DNA of 60,808 bases, the filler included. It is 6 parts of 6 records of this genome, joined end to end, with 100 filler letters (N's around TTAATTAATTAA, not from the genome) between each part and the next. Parts side by side here need not be neighbours in the genome. Positions count along the whole stretch, not along the records: positions 29,333 to 36,636 come from SRR31156797_21056; positions 36,737 to 53,514 come from SRR31156797_21061; 4 more parts are not named here. One strand, 5' to 3'. Below the pieces are notes generated by a model. The model ran no database searches and was not told the origin of the DNA. It saw only the letters and a program-made list of their open reading frames with translations. Of this stretch, positions 31,756 through 41,897 are shown piece after piece. The translations under genes were made by a program, and so were the position numbers. The stretch's first letter is position 1, and each line of letters starts with the position of its first letter.

Positions 31756-32481
31756 ATGAGAATAAGCGACTTAGTTAAAGCCACAGGAGTCAAGAAAGAA
31801 ACCATTCACTATTACGTCAGGGAGGGACTTTTACCCAAACCGCGCAAGATTGGACCAAATTCGGCCGAATACAGCGACGAACATATTGAAAGGATAAAGT
31901 GGATAAAAGACCTTCAGGACCAGTATTTTCTCCCGCTGTCAACAATCAGGAAAATTCTTAGAAAATACAGAAACATTCCTGAAGGGCAAAAGCTTCTCAG
32001 GTTCAAATCCGAATTCTTCCAACCCCTTGAAATGATGCTTCCTTCGCGGGTTCGCGGCGAGAAGGCCATGATCAAGACCACGGAATTAAAGCCCGAAGGT
32101 TTGGAAAGAATGGAAAAGATGGGGGTTATTTCTCCGGAAATGGTCGACGGGGTAAAGGTTTATTCCCAGGTCGACGTGACGATTGGCAAAATAATCGTTG
32201 AAATGAGGGAGCTCGGGCTTACGCCGGATGAAGGATACGATATGCAGTTATTTGCCGAGGGGGTGAAAAAGCTGCGGGAAATAGCCTTTATCGGCAATAG
32301 CGAGATAATCCGGGTGGAAGGCTCCAAGATGACGCAGGAAGAACTGCTAATAAAGGCGCCGCAGTGTTACCAGCTTTTAGGAGCCTTGTATTACCATCTT
32401 TTCATCAAACTGGCGGAAGAGGATCTGAACCGGCAACTGGATGAAAAATTCAAATCCGATGTTTCTTACGGGGAAAATTAG
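31756..32481 (+). CDS. MerR-family transcriptional regulator
   Basis: MRISDLVKATGVKKETIHYYVREGLLPKP...Y...HIERI..IKDLQ...LPL..I. Confidence 0.9.
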   Translation: MRISDLVKATGVKKETIHYYVREGLLPKPRKIGPNSAEYSDEHIERIKWIKDLQDQYFLPLSTIRKILRKYRNIPEGQKLLRFKSEFFQPLEMMLPSRVRGEKAMIKTTELKPEGLERMEKMGVISPEMVDGVKVYSQVDVTIGKIIVEMRELGLTPDEGYDMQLFAEGVKKLREIAFIGNSEIIRVEGSKMTQEELLIKAPQCYQLLGALYYHLFIKLAEEDLNRQLDEKFKSDVSYGEN

Positions 32482-32526
32482 AACGGCGTCTCCCTTGATC
32501 CATATTTTCCAAGCCCCATAACTTGC

Positions 32527-33315
32527 TTAATCGCCATTTTTGCGGGCGATACAATAGATAATCTGAAAATCGCAGTTTATACATTCGGAATCAATTTCGA
32601 CCGGAGATTTGTAGTCGGCCATATCATCCGTTATTTTTTCCGGAATGCGTTTCAATGGCCCGAAGAATAACCTCTTAAGGTATGCCCTGGCCCCAAGGCT
32701 TTTGGGGATGAGGTTCATGGCCAATGCGATTTTTTTTAAAATTATTATTGAGCGCCCCAATGCGCCGTTGTTGGCGGCGTTGAACGCTCCGTATATTTCC
32801 ACGTTTGAAAAAGACGATTTCAGCAGGTCGGATAGTTCGGGGACTGAAAAATAATTAATTGAAAAAGCCGATTCATGAAATCCGGGTATGTCCTTATTGA
32901 CCGTGCATATTATCAGCATGCCTTTGTTGCGCAGGACTCTTTCGGCTTCGATAAGAAAGGCCGCGGGATCGGCGAGGTAGTATATGGCTTCATACAGCAA
33001 AACGATATCGAAAGAACCGTCGGCAAAGGGCAGGCAGTGGGCATCCAGGATGCAGGGGGAAGGTTTTTTTTTATCCGAGCAGGCCTTGCCGGCGCAGAAT
33101 ATGTTTTTAAAGTCAATATCTCCTGCAACCAGTTTCCCGGCTCTTTCGGCCATGTATTCGAGCCCAAGCCCGGATCCGCAGCCGATTTCCAGAACATCCT
33201 TATTTTCGATGTATTGAGCCGCGAAACGGTAGCGGTGGTAGAGCCTCTCCAATTGAACGGACGAAGCAAGCTGACCGGGCTGTTCGGTGACTATGTTGTA
33301 TTCGTTTTTTTCCAT
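32527..33315 (-). CDS. Class I SAM-dependent methyltransferase
   Basis: HRYRFA, VLEIGCGSG, LPFADGSFD, RVL; the start may be TTG at 33330. Confidence 0.88.
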   Translation of the reverse strand: MEKNEYNIVTEQPGQLASSVQLERLYHRYRFAAQYIENKDVLEIGCGSGLGLEYMAERAGKLVAGDIDFKNIFCAGKACSDKKKPSPCILDAHCLPFADGSFDIVLLYEAIYYLADPAAFLIEAERVLRNKGMLIICTVNKDIPGFHESAFSINYFSVPELSDLLKSSFSNVEIYGAFNAANNGALGRSIIILKKIALAMNLIPKSLGARAYLKRLFFGPLKRIPEKITDDMADYKSPVEIDSECINCDFQIIYCIARKNGD

Positions 33316-33338
33316 TGGAGAGATTCCCAATGATTAAT

Positions 33339-34070
33339 CTATACCCTGGCGTACGCGATATAAGGATCCCAATCGAATCTCTTCAGCTCCAGGTCTTTAA
33401 TATTGAGACCTTCCAGCAGGGCCGCGGTTTCACCCGGCCAAATCGGGTTATCCAGTTCGTCGAAGGCAATGATCGCGCCTTTGGGCATTCGAGGAACAAA
33501 ATGTTTTAAAGCGGCCATGGTGGGCTCATACAAATCAAGATCCAGAAACAGAAGGCTCACCAGGACATGGGGATTGTCTTTTATAAATGCGGGTATTGTT
33601 TCAGCGACATCGCCCTGGATGAGATGAACCTTGTCTATGTGCCCCAGGAACCGGTCCTTGTCGTATTCATCAATCAGGGCGTTCAGTTCATGCGAAGAGT
33701 CGGCGGCCAGGCCTCCGACTTCAGGCATGGCTGTTTTATTGGCGTCCTTTTCCGAGAGTGAAGGGAAGCCGCCAAAAGTATCAAAGCCGTAAATGCGCCT
33801 GGTCAGGTTTTCCGGTTCGAGCATGGCGGACAGTTTGGCCCAGCTCATCAGGCCGAAACCTTTGTAAACGCCGCATTCGACAATGGAGCCCTTAACGGGC
33901 AAGACGAGGTTGAACAATTCATACAAGGCCAGGAATCTTTTCAGATGCTGTCGCCGGACGTATTTGGGAAAATTTTCCAGTTTGATTTCAACCGAATCCG
34001 GACATTCATTAAAGATTCGCTCGATGTTTTTGCCAACTTCCTGTTCGACGGCGGTTCTGAATTTTTTCAT
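33339..34070 (-). CDS. TylF/MycF-like sugar O-methyltransferase
   Basis: GSIVECGVYKG, YGFDTFGGF, LDLDLYEPT, FDELD..WPGET. Confidence 0.85.
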   Translation of the reverse strand: MKKFRTAVEQEVGKNIERIFNECPDSVEIKLENFPKYVRRQHLKRFLALYELFNLVLPVKGSIVECGVYKGFGLMSWAKLSAMLEPENLTRRIYGFDTFGGFPSLSEKDANKTAMPEVGGLAADSSHELNALIDEYDKDRFLGHIDKVHLIQGDVAETIPAFIKDNPHVLVSLLFLDLDLYEPTMAALKHFVPRMPKGAIIAFDELDNPIWPGETAALLEGLNIKDLELKRFDWDPYIAYARV

Positions 34071-34074
34071 GGTC

Positions 34075-34740
34075 TTATCCCGTCTGCCTGACGATCCGGT
34101 AAAAAGTCCGGCCGATCAGTTTCAAATCGAGCCCCAAGGACCTTTGCCGGCAGTATTTCAGGCACAACTCCATTTTGCGTGGATGGATGATTTCCATGTA
34201 AAGGCGGTCCGGGTCGTCGCTGCCCTTCAGAATTTCGCCTTCATTGGCGAATTCTATGGAAGCGAAATCGGTTATGCCCGGCCTGACGTTCAGGATTTCC
34301 TTTTCTTCCGGGGTATAATGATCGACGGCCCACTGCACCTGAGGCCTGGGGCCGACCATGCTCATGTCCCCGATCAAAACGTTAAACAACTGAGGCAATT
34401 CATCGAGTTTATAACGACGGATTTTCCGCCCGACGCCGGTCAAACGCGGATCGTCTTCGGTAGTGGATGAGGCTCCGATCTTTTCGGCGTCAATAACCAT
34501 GGTTCTGAATTTAATCATTTTAAAAGTGCGGCCGTGCCTGCCTACTCTAACGCCCCGGTAAAACACGGGGCCGCCGTCCTCTTTTCTGATTTTATAGGCT
34601 ATAACCGAGAGCAACGGCATCAGGACAGCCAACCCTGAAAAAGCCGCGGTTACATCAAGACCTCGCTTGGCTGCATCGCGAAGCAAGCCGCCGAATCCGT
34701 TCCGTTCTCTATTTTCCGTCATCACGACACTGTCGCCCAT
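34075..34740 (-). CDS. Priming polyprenyl-phosphate sugar transferase
   Basis: KRGLDV, GPVFY...RVG, KFRTM, DELPQL.NVL.GDMSMVGPRP, RPGIT. Confidence 0.92.
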   Translation of the reverse strand: MGDSVVMTENRERNGFGGLLRDAAKRGLDVTAAFSGLAVLMPLLSVIAYKIRKEDGGPVFYRGVRVGRHGRTFKMIKFRTMVIDAEKIGASSTTEDDPRLTGVGRKIRRYKLDELPQLFNVLIGDMSMVGPRPQVQWAVDHYTPEEKEILNVRPGITDFASIEFANEGEILKGSDDPDRLYMEIIHPRKMELCLKYCRQRSLGLDLKLIGRTFYRIVRQTG

Positions 34741-34747
34741 TATATTC

Positions 34748-36016
34748 CTATTCGCAACCGTTATATTCGGCTGCTATTTTTTCCAGATGCAAGGCCATGT
34801 TTTCATAAACTTTGTCCGCCGTAAAATCATCCCGATATAATGTCGAGGCCCGGGCGGACATTTCCGATAGAAGCTCGGGCTTATCATAGAGACGGCTTAT
34901 GAGCCGGCACAAGTCATCAGGGTCCCTGTTGGCATAGGTTAATCCGCATTGGTTGTTTGCAAGCAGTTTTTCGAGCACTCCTCTGACACTGGAAACTACG
35001 GGCAACCCGCCGGCCATGTATTCGACCGCTTTATTGGGAATAGAAGCCCGGAAATCCCGTGTGCTAGGATATGGTATTATTCCGAGAGAAGCAAGCTCCA
35101 TGAGGGTATAAATTTGTCCGGGGCCGATCCAGCCGGGGAATATGATATTTTCACAATCCCGGGCCAGTTCCTTGCAGCGGGCGGCGTCCTCGCCCTTGCC
35201 GCAAATGACGAAAACCGCGTCCCGGCCTGTTTTCTTAATTATTTTGGCAGCGCTAATTACTGTATCAAGTTCGATGCGACGGCTAATGGTTCCGATAAAA
35301 CAAACCAGGAACTTGCCTGAATCCTTTTCGAGACCATAATCACGCCAGAAGCGGGCGCCTTTCTGCAATTCATTTTCATCCGGTTTTTCATAATGGTAAG
35401 CATGGGGAAACGCCGAATCATTTTCATTACCCGGTCTTCCCGCGTGTTTGAGGCCTTTTTCCACGAATTCGCCGGTTATACCGATTATGGCTGACGAGTT
35501 TGCAAACGAGTGCTGAACGCTTTTAAACATGGGCGTCAAGGCCAATCGGGCCAGGGCTCTGGCCCGGGCCGGAAAAACATCCAGCATTATATCCGGCCAT
35601 AAATCACGAATATCAAGGACGACCGGAATGTTGTTGTTCCTGCCGTACGCGGTTGCGGCGGCGCATAAGTCAATGGTTGGCAGGCAGCACAGGATTATAT
35701 CCGGCGGCGTTTCAAGCCTGCTCAGCAGTTTAAATTTCCGGGCGACAACCCGATGGTTGACCAGGCGTGCGACTGAAATATTTTTTTTATAAGCCGGACC
35801 GTGAAGTAAATGAATTCTATACCTGTCCGCTATGGCTATTTGGGCGTCGCGATCGGTTCTATGATTTTTGTGGGTATGATCGAATGATGACGCCCACCAA
35901 ACGACCTGGTGCCCCATTGCATACAATTTTTGGGCTAACAGCCCGATTCTCCAAAGTCTTTTGGCGGAACGGTCGATGGGTAAAGGCTCCCCGCCTTCAA
36001 TTAACCAGATTTTCAT
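34748..36016 (-). CDS. GT4-family glycosyltransferase
   Basis: DIRDLWPD, PNKAVEYMAGGLPVV. Confidence 0.88.
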   Translation of the reverse strand: MKIWLIEGGEPLPIDRSAKRLWRIGLLAQKLYAMGHQVVWWASSFDHTHKNHRTDRDAQIAIADRYRIHLLHGPAYKKNISVARLVNHRVVARKFKLLSRLETPPDIILCCLPTIDLCAAATAYGRNNNIPVVLDIRDLWPDIMLDVFPARARALARLALTPMFKSVQHSFANSSAIIGITGEFVEKGLKHAGRPGNENDSAFPHAYHYEKPDENELQKGARFWRDYGLEKDSGKFLVCFIGTISRRIELDTVISAAKIIKKTGRDAVFVICGKGEDAARCKELARDCENIIFPGWIGPGQIYTLMELASLGIIPYPSTRDFRASIPNKAVEYMAGGLPVVSSVRGVLEKLLANNQCGLTYANRDPDDLCRLISRLYDKPELLSEMSARASTLYRDDFTADKVYENMALHLEKIAAEYNGCE

Positions 36017-36146
36017 TACATCACGCGACCCAATCGAACAAATCCTATTTCAGTTGTATAGATTATTTTTTGCTGCGGTTCCAATCGCCCCCGAACGTCC
36101 GTACCGCAAACCTGAACAAAGCGGAGTTGATAATATCGATTCCCTA

Positions 36147-36636
36147 TCAATTCCGCAACTCTTTATATATATAATTTCGCATTGAGAAAGAAAATCCCAT
36201 GAGCAGCCAAAAAAGCAGTGCGTTATCATCCGCGTATAGATCGTTTGTCAGGTTGATCATGAAATAGCCGACAACGGCTATCAGGCCTCCGATCATGACC
36301 AGTCCGGGCAGACCTTGTTCTTTCAAAACAATTCCGCCAGGTTGGATTGGCCATAAATATCTGACAATTCTATAAAGCAGAAAACAGAAAACAGCAAGGC
36401 CCTGGAGCCCCATTTCCACGGCCATGCTTAGAAAAGTGTTGTGGCTGTGCCATAATTGCTCGTGCTCGTTAGTTAATGAAGGATATTTTTTAACAAGGCT
36501 GCGGCGCCCATAGCCGAGTCCGGTAAAAGGATGTTCCTTGATGTGTTTGACAGCGGTGGACCACAAAAGAAGCCTCGTTCCTTTTAATCCCGGGATTGCT
36601 ATCTCTCCAATGTGGGTCTCGTTCCTGGCTTCGTCG
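36147..36636 (-). CDS. O-antigen ligase/Wzy_C-family protein, 3' part
   Basis: R..LW, PFTGLGYG, HSHNTFLSMAVEMGLQGL; frame is open to the contig edge. Confidence 0.8.
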
Positions 36637-36736
36637 NNNNNNNNNNNNNNNNNNNNNNNNNNNNNNNNNNNNNNNNNNNNTTAATTAATTAANNNNNNNN
36701 NNNNNNNNNNNNNNNNNNNNNNNNNNNNNNNNNNNN
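36637..36736. other. Artificial contig linker
   Basis: Same 100-nt linker. Confidence 0.98.
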
Positions 36737-37160
36737 TCTGCTGTTCGCCCCCTGAAAGGGTTCCCGCCGACTGTTTCCGCCTTTCACGCATCCTGGGGAA
36801 AAGTTCAAACACATGCTGCATGGTTTCCCGGCGCTTTTGTTTGGCGGCCTGGGCCAAGGATCCCATGATCAGGTTTTCCTCCACGCTCATTTCCGCAAAC
36901 AGCCGCCTCCCTTCGGGCACGTGGACGATGCCGTGCTCGATAATTTTGTGGGGGGGAGATCCGTTAATGGGGATGCCGTTAAATTCAATACTCCCTTGGG
37001 CGGGCGCCAGCAGGGAAGAGATGGTTCTGATGGTGGTCGACTTTCCGGCGCCGTTGGCGCCGATCAAAACGAGAATTTCCTTCTCTTTCACCTCAAAAGA
37101 GACGTCCCAGAGGACCTGAAGGTCCCCGTAAAAGACGTCAATGTGGTTAACCCTGAGCAT
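36737..37160 (-). CDS. livF: Branched-chain amino acid ABC ATPase (truncated by contig edge)
   Basis: GANGAGKST, VPEGRRLF..MSVEENL, AGTLSGGEQQ; start ATG 37160. Confidence 0.9.
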
Positions 37161-37872
37161 ATTCCTCTCCCAGATAGGCTTCAATGACCTTTTTGTTGTT
37201 GGCGACCTCCAGAGGGTTCCCTTCGGCGATGGTCTGGCCGAAATTGATGGCATGAATCCGGTCCGAAATGGTCATGATCACCTTCATGATATGTTCCACG
37301 ATGATAATGGTGGTGCCGTTCTCACGGATCCTTTTGATCAATTGGATGGCTTGGTCCACTTCGGAAGGGTTGAGTCCGGCAGCGGTTTCGTCCAGGAGCA
37401 GCAGCTGCGGTCTGGTGGCCATGGCCCGGGTGATTTCAAGCCGCTTTCTCTCACCGATGGGAAGGCTTTTGGCCAGCACATCCTTTCGATGGGCCAGTCC
37501 GCAGAACTCCAGGGTCTCAAGGGCCACGTCCCGTGCCCGGTGCTTGCTTTTGACCCTTGAAAATGCCGCGGCAATGACATTGTCCTCCACCGTCATTCGG
37601 CCCAGGGGTTTCACCACCTGAAAGGTCCTGGCGATTCCCAGGCGGCAGATTTTGAAGGTTTTAAGCCCGGTAATTTCCCGGTCCTTGAAAAAGACGGACC
37701 CGGAAGTGGGCCGGTGATAATTGCTGATCATGTTGAACAGGGTGGTTTTACCCGAGCCGTTGGGGCCGATGAGTCCGAAGATCTCCCCCTGTTTCACCTC
37801 GAAGCTGACATCATTGACGGCGGCAAGGCCTCCAAAATATTTCACCAGATGCTGTATTTCGAAAAAGCTCAA
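37147..37872 (-). CDS. livG: Branched-chain amino acid ABC ATPase
   Basis: FGGLAAV, GPNGSGKTT, ARTFQ, VEH, VIEAYLG. Confidence 0.9.
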   Translation of the reverse strand: MSFFEIQHLVKYFGGLAAVNDVSFEVKQGEIFGLIGPNGSGKTTLFNMISNYHRPTSGSVFFKDREITGLKTFKICRLGIARTFQVVKPLGRMTVEDNVIAAAFSRVKSKHRARDVALETLEFCGLAHRKDVLAKSLPIGERKRLEITRAMATRPQLLLLDETAAGLNPSEVDQAIQLIKRIRENGTTIIIVEHIMKVIMTISDRIHAINFGQTIAEGNPLEVANNKKVIEAYLGEEYAQG

Positions 37873-38879
37873 CCCGCGACCTCCTTTCTTCTGAAAGGCG
37901 ACAGCTTAGCGATCATTTTGTTCCAATCCCCCACAATTCCGTTGGGCAGCAGAAGGATGACCAGTACCACCAGAATGCCGAACCCCAGCACGTGGGCCTG
38001 GCTCACGTACCTGGCAAAGGCATTGACGGTATCCGAGCCGGTGAGGGCGGCCAGGCCCTTGAAAAATCCGAAGAACCCGGTCCTGAAAAACTCATGGACG
38101 GCCACCATGACAAAGGCGCCCACCACGGGGCCGTAGATGGTGCCGACCCCCCCCACGATCCCCACCAGGATGGCCATGATGGAGATGTCGTGAAGGGAGA
38201 ACACCACCTCCGGGTCGATAAAGCCCATGTAATTCATGTAGAGCGCCCCTGCCATGCCCGTGAGAAAAGCCGCAATATTCAAGGAGACCATCTTGTAATA
38301 GTGGGTATCGATTCCGAGGCTTTCCGCCGCGTCCTGGTCCTCCCGGATGGAAACAAAATAATAGCCCCACCGGGAGTCCATGATGATCTGGATGCTCAGA
38401 ACGGATACCGCGGCCAGGCCCAGGGCAATGTAGTAATAGGGGACCTTGCTCACAAAGGTCTGGATGATCAGGATGCCCACCATGCCGTCCGTGAGGGATT
38501 CCCAGATGGTGGCGATGTGCCGGCACACTTCGTTGAGCGCCAGGGTGGCCAGGGCAAAATAGGCGCCCCTCAGCCTGAAGGTAATCCATCCGAAGGGGAA
38601 GGCGACCGCCATGGCGGTGATACCGCCGAAAACCATGCCCCACCAGGGGGAGATCCCCAGCTTGGTGGCGAAAAGCCCGGCCGTATAAGCGCCGGTACCG
38701 AAAAAAGCCGCATCCCCGAAGGAGACCTGGCCCGTATACCCCGCGATAATATTCCATCCCGATCCGATGACCACCCACATGAGTACCAGGATCATCAGGT
38801 GCTGATAATAATGGTCCCGGACCACCAGGGGGAAAATGATCAGGACGGCGAGCAACATTAACGGTGCAACTTTTCTCAT
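37869..38879 (-). CDS. livM: Branched-chain amino acid ABC permease
   Basis: GYTGQVSFG, LRGAYFALATLA, IREDQDAAESLG, GGVGTIYGP. Confidence 0.9.
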   Translation of the reverse strand: MRKVAPLMLLAVLIIFPLVVRDHYYQHLMILVLMWVVIGSGWNIIAGYTGQVSFGDAAFFGTGAYTAGLFATKLGISPWWGMVFGGITAMAVAFPFGWITFRLRGAYFALATLALNEVCRHIATIWESLTDGMVGILIIQTFVSKVPYYYIALGLAAVSVLSIQIIMDSRWGYYFVSIREDQDAAESLGIDTHYYKMVSLNIAAFLTGMAGALYMNYMGFIDPEVVFSLHDISIMAILVGIVGGVGTIYGPVVGAFVMVAVHEFFRTGFFGFFKGLAALTGSDTVNAFARYVSQAHVLGFGILVVLVILLLPNGIVGDWNKMIAKLSPFRRKEVAG

Positions 38880-38892
38880 TGATCGCTCTCCT

Positions 38893-39768
38893 TTAGATCT
38901 TGGTCAGTCGTTTGAATCCGCCGGGCAGGAAGAGGAGCACCAGGATGAAGATCAGAAGACCTACCATATCGTCAAAGGCCATGCCGATGTAGGTGGCGCC
39001 GAAGGCCTCGGCCAGCCCCAGGGTCACGCCTCCGAAAATGGCGCCCACCGTTGAACCCAACCCCCCCAGGATGGTAATGACGAATGCTTTCCGGGTAAAG
39101 GGCCCCCCGATATCCGGAAACAGATAGTATATGGGCATGAGAAGGGTTCCGGCGGCGGCCACCAGGGCCGAACCGATGCCGAAGGTCATGGTGGTGATCC
39201 GCTTGGAATTGACCCCCATCAACATGGCCGCATCCTTGTCCTGGGCCGTTGCCCGGATGGATCGGCCCAGATCCGTCTTGACCAGGAACCAGAACATGAG
39301 AAACGTAAAGAGGATGGCAATAAAAAATGCGATGGTGAGGGCGACGCTGAAGGAGATTTCCCCGATGAAGAAGGTGGCGTTACTGTATTTTGTGCTAACC
39401 GACTTATAGTCGGAGGTAAAGATAAAACGGGCCACTTCGGTCAACACCATTCCGATTCCCACGGTCATCAGTACCTGGTTTTCCGGAAGGATCGATTCCA
39501 CTTCCATGAGGGGATTGAGGGTGAATTTCTGAATGGCCATGCCCAGCAGGAAGAGAGCGGGCATGCTGACCAGTAAGGAAATGTACGGATCGATTCCCAG
39601 ATAGTGAAAGCATACAAACGTCACATACATGGCCACCATCATGAGCTGTCCATGGGCCAGGTTGATGATTCCCATGACGCCCATGATCAGGGTCATTCCG
39701 ATGCCGATCAGGCTGTACAGACCACCCTTCAGGATGCCTGATACCAAGGTTTGAAGAAAGACCTCCAT
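38893..39768 (-). CDS. livH: Branched-chain amino acid ABC permease
   Basis: G.TLI.GV..IINLAHG, GRSIRATAQD..AA.LMG, GGLGS..GA. Confidence 0.9.
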   Translation of the reverse strand: MEVFLQTLVSGILKGGLYSLIGIGMTLIMGVMGIINLAHGQLMMVAMYVTFVCFHYLGIDPYISLLVSMPALFLLGMAIQKFTLNPLMEVESILPENQVLMTVGIGMVLTEVARFIFTSDYKSVSTKYSNATFFIGEISFSVALTIAFFIAILFTFLMFWFLVKTDLGRSIRATAQDKDAAMLMGVNSKRITTMTFGIGSALVAAAGTLLMPIYYLFPDIGGPFTRKAFVITILGGLGSTVGAIFGGVTLGLAEAFGATYIGMAFDDMVGLLIFILVLLFLPGGFKRLTKI

Positions 39769-39804
39769 AATTTCCCCCGTGTCTGGAATAAATGGAACAT
39801 GAAA

Positions 39805-39891
39805 GTTTCCGGTTTCCGGTTCACGGTTGACAATCCCTTTGTCTCAACCGGTAACCGGAAGCCGGCAAGGGCGGGAAAACCCCGCCCTTGC
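39805..39891 (-). terminator. Hairpin after livK plus an imperfect CCGG-rich inverted repeat
   Basis: GCAAGGGCGGG-AAAAC-CCCGCCCTTGC (39865-39891); adjacent TTCCGGTTTCCGGTT...AACCGGTAACCGGAA. Confidence 0.65.
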
Positions 39892-39901
39892 TTTACTTAA
39901 C

Positions 39902-41104
39902 CTAACGGGCACTCCATTTGGGTACCGGGTAGACGTATTTCGCAGTTGAAACATCTTTAGGCCAGACCGTTTCCAGTTTCCCGTTGATCCATTGAACGAG
40001 AAAGGTGGGAAGGCTGTTTTGCTGGGTCTTTTTCCCGTAGGAAATGAATTTAACGGGACCGAATGCGGTCATCATGTTGGTGGTGGCGAGGGCTTCCCTG
40101 ACGCCGTCGGGGGTGAGGGTCCTGGCCCGTTTTAAAGCGTCCGCAAGCACGTACATGGCGGCATAGGCTTCGGCACCGTGGTATTCGGTGGGGGTTTTGA
40201 ATTTGGCGACGAATTTGTCATAGTATTCCTTGGCACCCGGGTACGGAACGGAAGGGGTCCAGAGGGTTGCGGAAAAAACGTAATCGGCGGCAGCCCCGGC
40301 GTTTTTCTGGAATTCGGGCAGGGTGAAACCGGCAGCGCCGCCGACGAAAAGCTTGGGGTTGAAATTGAGTTCCTTGGACTGTCGCATGAGGAGGGATGCG
40401 TCCATGATATAGCTGATCATGTAGACCAGGTCCGGATTTTTCGCTTTGACCTTGACGAGAAGGGGCTTGAAGTCAATGGCGCCCGCTTCATACCCTTCTT
40501 TCATGAGAACCTTGAGACCCATTTTTTCGCACTTCTTTACGAATTTTTTGGATCCCGACTGGCCGAAAAGGGAGTTTTCATGGAGGATGGCCACGGTTTT
40601 GACATCTTTGGCCGCATTTTGAAGAAAAGAGGCAAAAGCCTTGGGGTATTCGCTCACGGGCGGGTTGAGCCTGAAGATATAATTCCAACCCTGTTCCGTG
40701 ATCCTGTCGGCGGAACCCGTATTGACCAGAAAAGGGACCTTTCGCTGCTGCGCCACGGCGATGGTGGCCCAGGTTACGGAAGAGGAGTATCCGCCCCCCA
40801 ACACGATGACCTTGTCCCGGGATATGAGTTTTTCGATGGCCGAGCGGCCCACGTCGGGTTTCCCTGTGGTATCTTCAATAATGAGTTCTATTTTTTTGCC
40901 GTTAACGCCGCCTGCCGCATTGATTTCGTCCACGGCCATGAGGAAGGATTTGTTTTCAATTTCACCGAATTTGGCCAATTTTCCCGTTAGTGGAAGAACC
41001 ACGCCTACCTTGATGGTGTCCGCCGCCATTGCGGGTGTTGATACCATGGCCCCCAGGAACACGAACATTGATAAAATACATGCCGCCTTTGCCAGTCGTT
41101 TCAT
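39902..41104 (-). CDS. livK: Branched-chain amino acid ABC substrate-binding protein
   Basis: Signal peptide, IKVGVVLPLTG, INAAGGVNG, GGYSSSV, YIFR. Confidence 0.88.
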   Translation of the reverse strand: MKRLAKAACILSMFVFLGAMVSTPAMAADTIKVGVVLPLTGKLAKFGEIENKSFLMAVDEINAAGGVNGKKIELIIEDTTGKPDVGRSAIEKLISRDKVIVLGGGYSSSVTWATIAVAQQRKVPFLVNTGSADRITEQGWNYIFRLNPPVSEYPKAFASFLQNAAKDVKTVAILHENSLFGQSGSKKFVKKCEKMGLKVLMKEGYEAGAIDFKPLLVKVKAKNPDLVYMISYIMDASLLMRQSKELNFNPKLFVGGAAGFTLPEFQKNAGAAADYVFSATLWTPSVPYPGAKEYYDKFVAKFKTPTEYHGAEAYAAMYVLADALKRARTLTPDGVREALATTNMMTAFGPVKFISYGKKTQQNSLPTFLVQWINGKLETVWPKDVSTAKYVYPVPKWSAR

Positions 41105-41326
41105 AAATAGACCTCCTCTCAGATTTGTTTAGGGTTTAAAAACCTTTAGAGATATTTGAGGACATAAATCGTCCTTTACGGGCTCAACGGAAACGATTTG
41201 GAATTATGTCAGGAGATGACGAATGTGCCAATCAACAAAGGAACCATAGTTTCGGGTACATCCTACTGAGTTTCGAATCATAGTGGCAGTTTTTTTAAAA
41301 ATCAAACCATTTTTTAGATACCCTGT

Positions 41327-41836
41327 TCAACCTTTCCCCTTTTTGAGCATCCTGCCTTGAATAAGGACGCCTGCGAGAGACAGTACGGCCAGAAGTATTG
41401 CGGGAGGGACGACACCCGTTTGAATTGTTTGGGAGATAAAGGCGGCCCCTACAAGGGATGACAGGACAATAAGCGTCCAGTCGAAAAGGAGATATAACAG
41501 AATGGCACCCAGAAGACCACCGATGACAAAGAGGGCCCAGGGCAGGGCAGGGTGTGGGGACATATTCAGGGTGCTGAACAGGGAAACCGCCAGATACCCC
41601 CCGGCATAAAAACCCACCAGGAGGATGGCCGCTTTTTGAAAAATGATGGCCAGTAAAGCACCCAGGAGTCCTGTTACGGCGGCGATAATGAGAATTTGCC
41701 AATCGGGCAATCCGCTGAAATACCGGGCGGCCATATCGCTTACGCCGATGAAGCCGATGGCGGCCACAAAAAGCCAGAAGAGTTTTTTACCCAAAATCAG
41801 GAGTGAAAGACCTACAATTATGTTCGCGATGATCAT
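41327..41836 (-). CDS. DUF4203-like membrane protein
   Basis: G..LFWLFVA.IGF..., SSLVGA, GVLIQ; multiple TM helices. Confidence 0.75.
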   Translation of the reverse strand: MIIANIIVGLSLLILGKKLFWLFVAAIGFIGVSDMAARYFSGLPDWQILIIAAVTGLLGALLAIIFQKAAILLVGFYAGGYLAVSLFSTLNMSPHPALPWALFVIGGLLGAILLYLLFDWTLIVLSSLVGAAFISQTIQTGVVPPAILLAVLSLAGVLIQGRMLKKGKG

Positions 41837-41897
41837 TTTTTTTATCCTCTCTGTGAATTTAAGATCTGGTACATACCGCCAGTGCCATAGTTAATGG

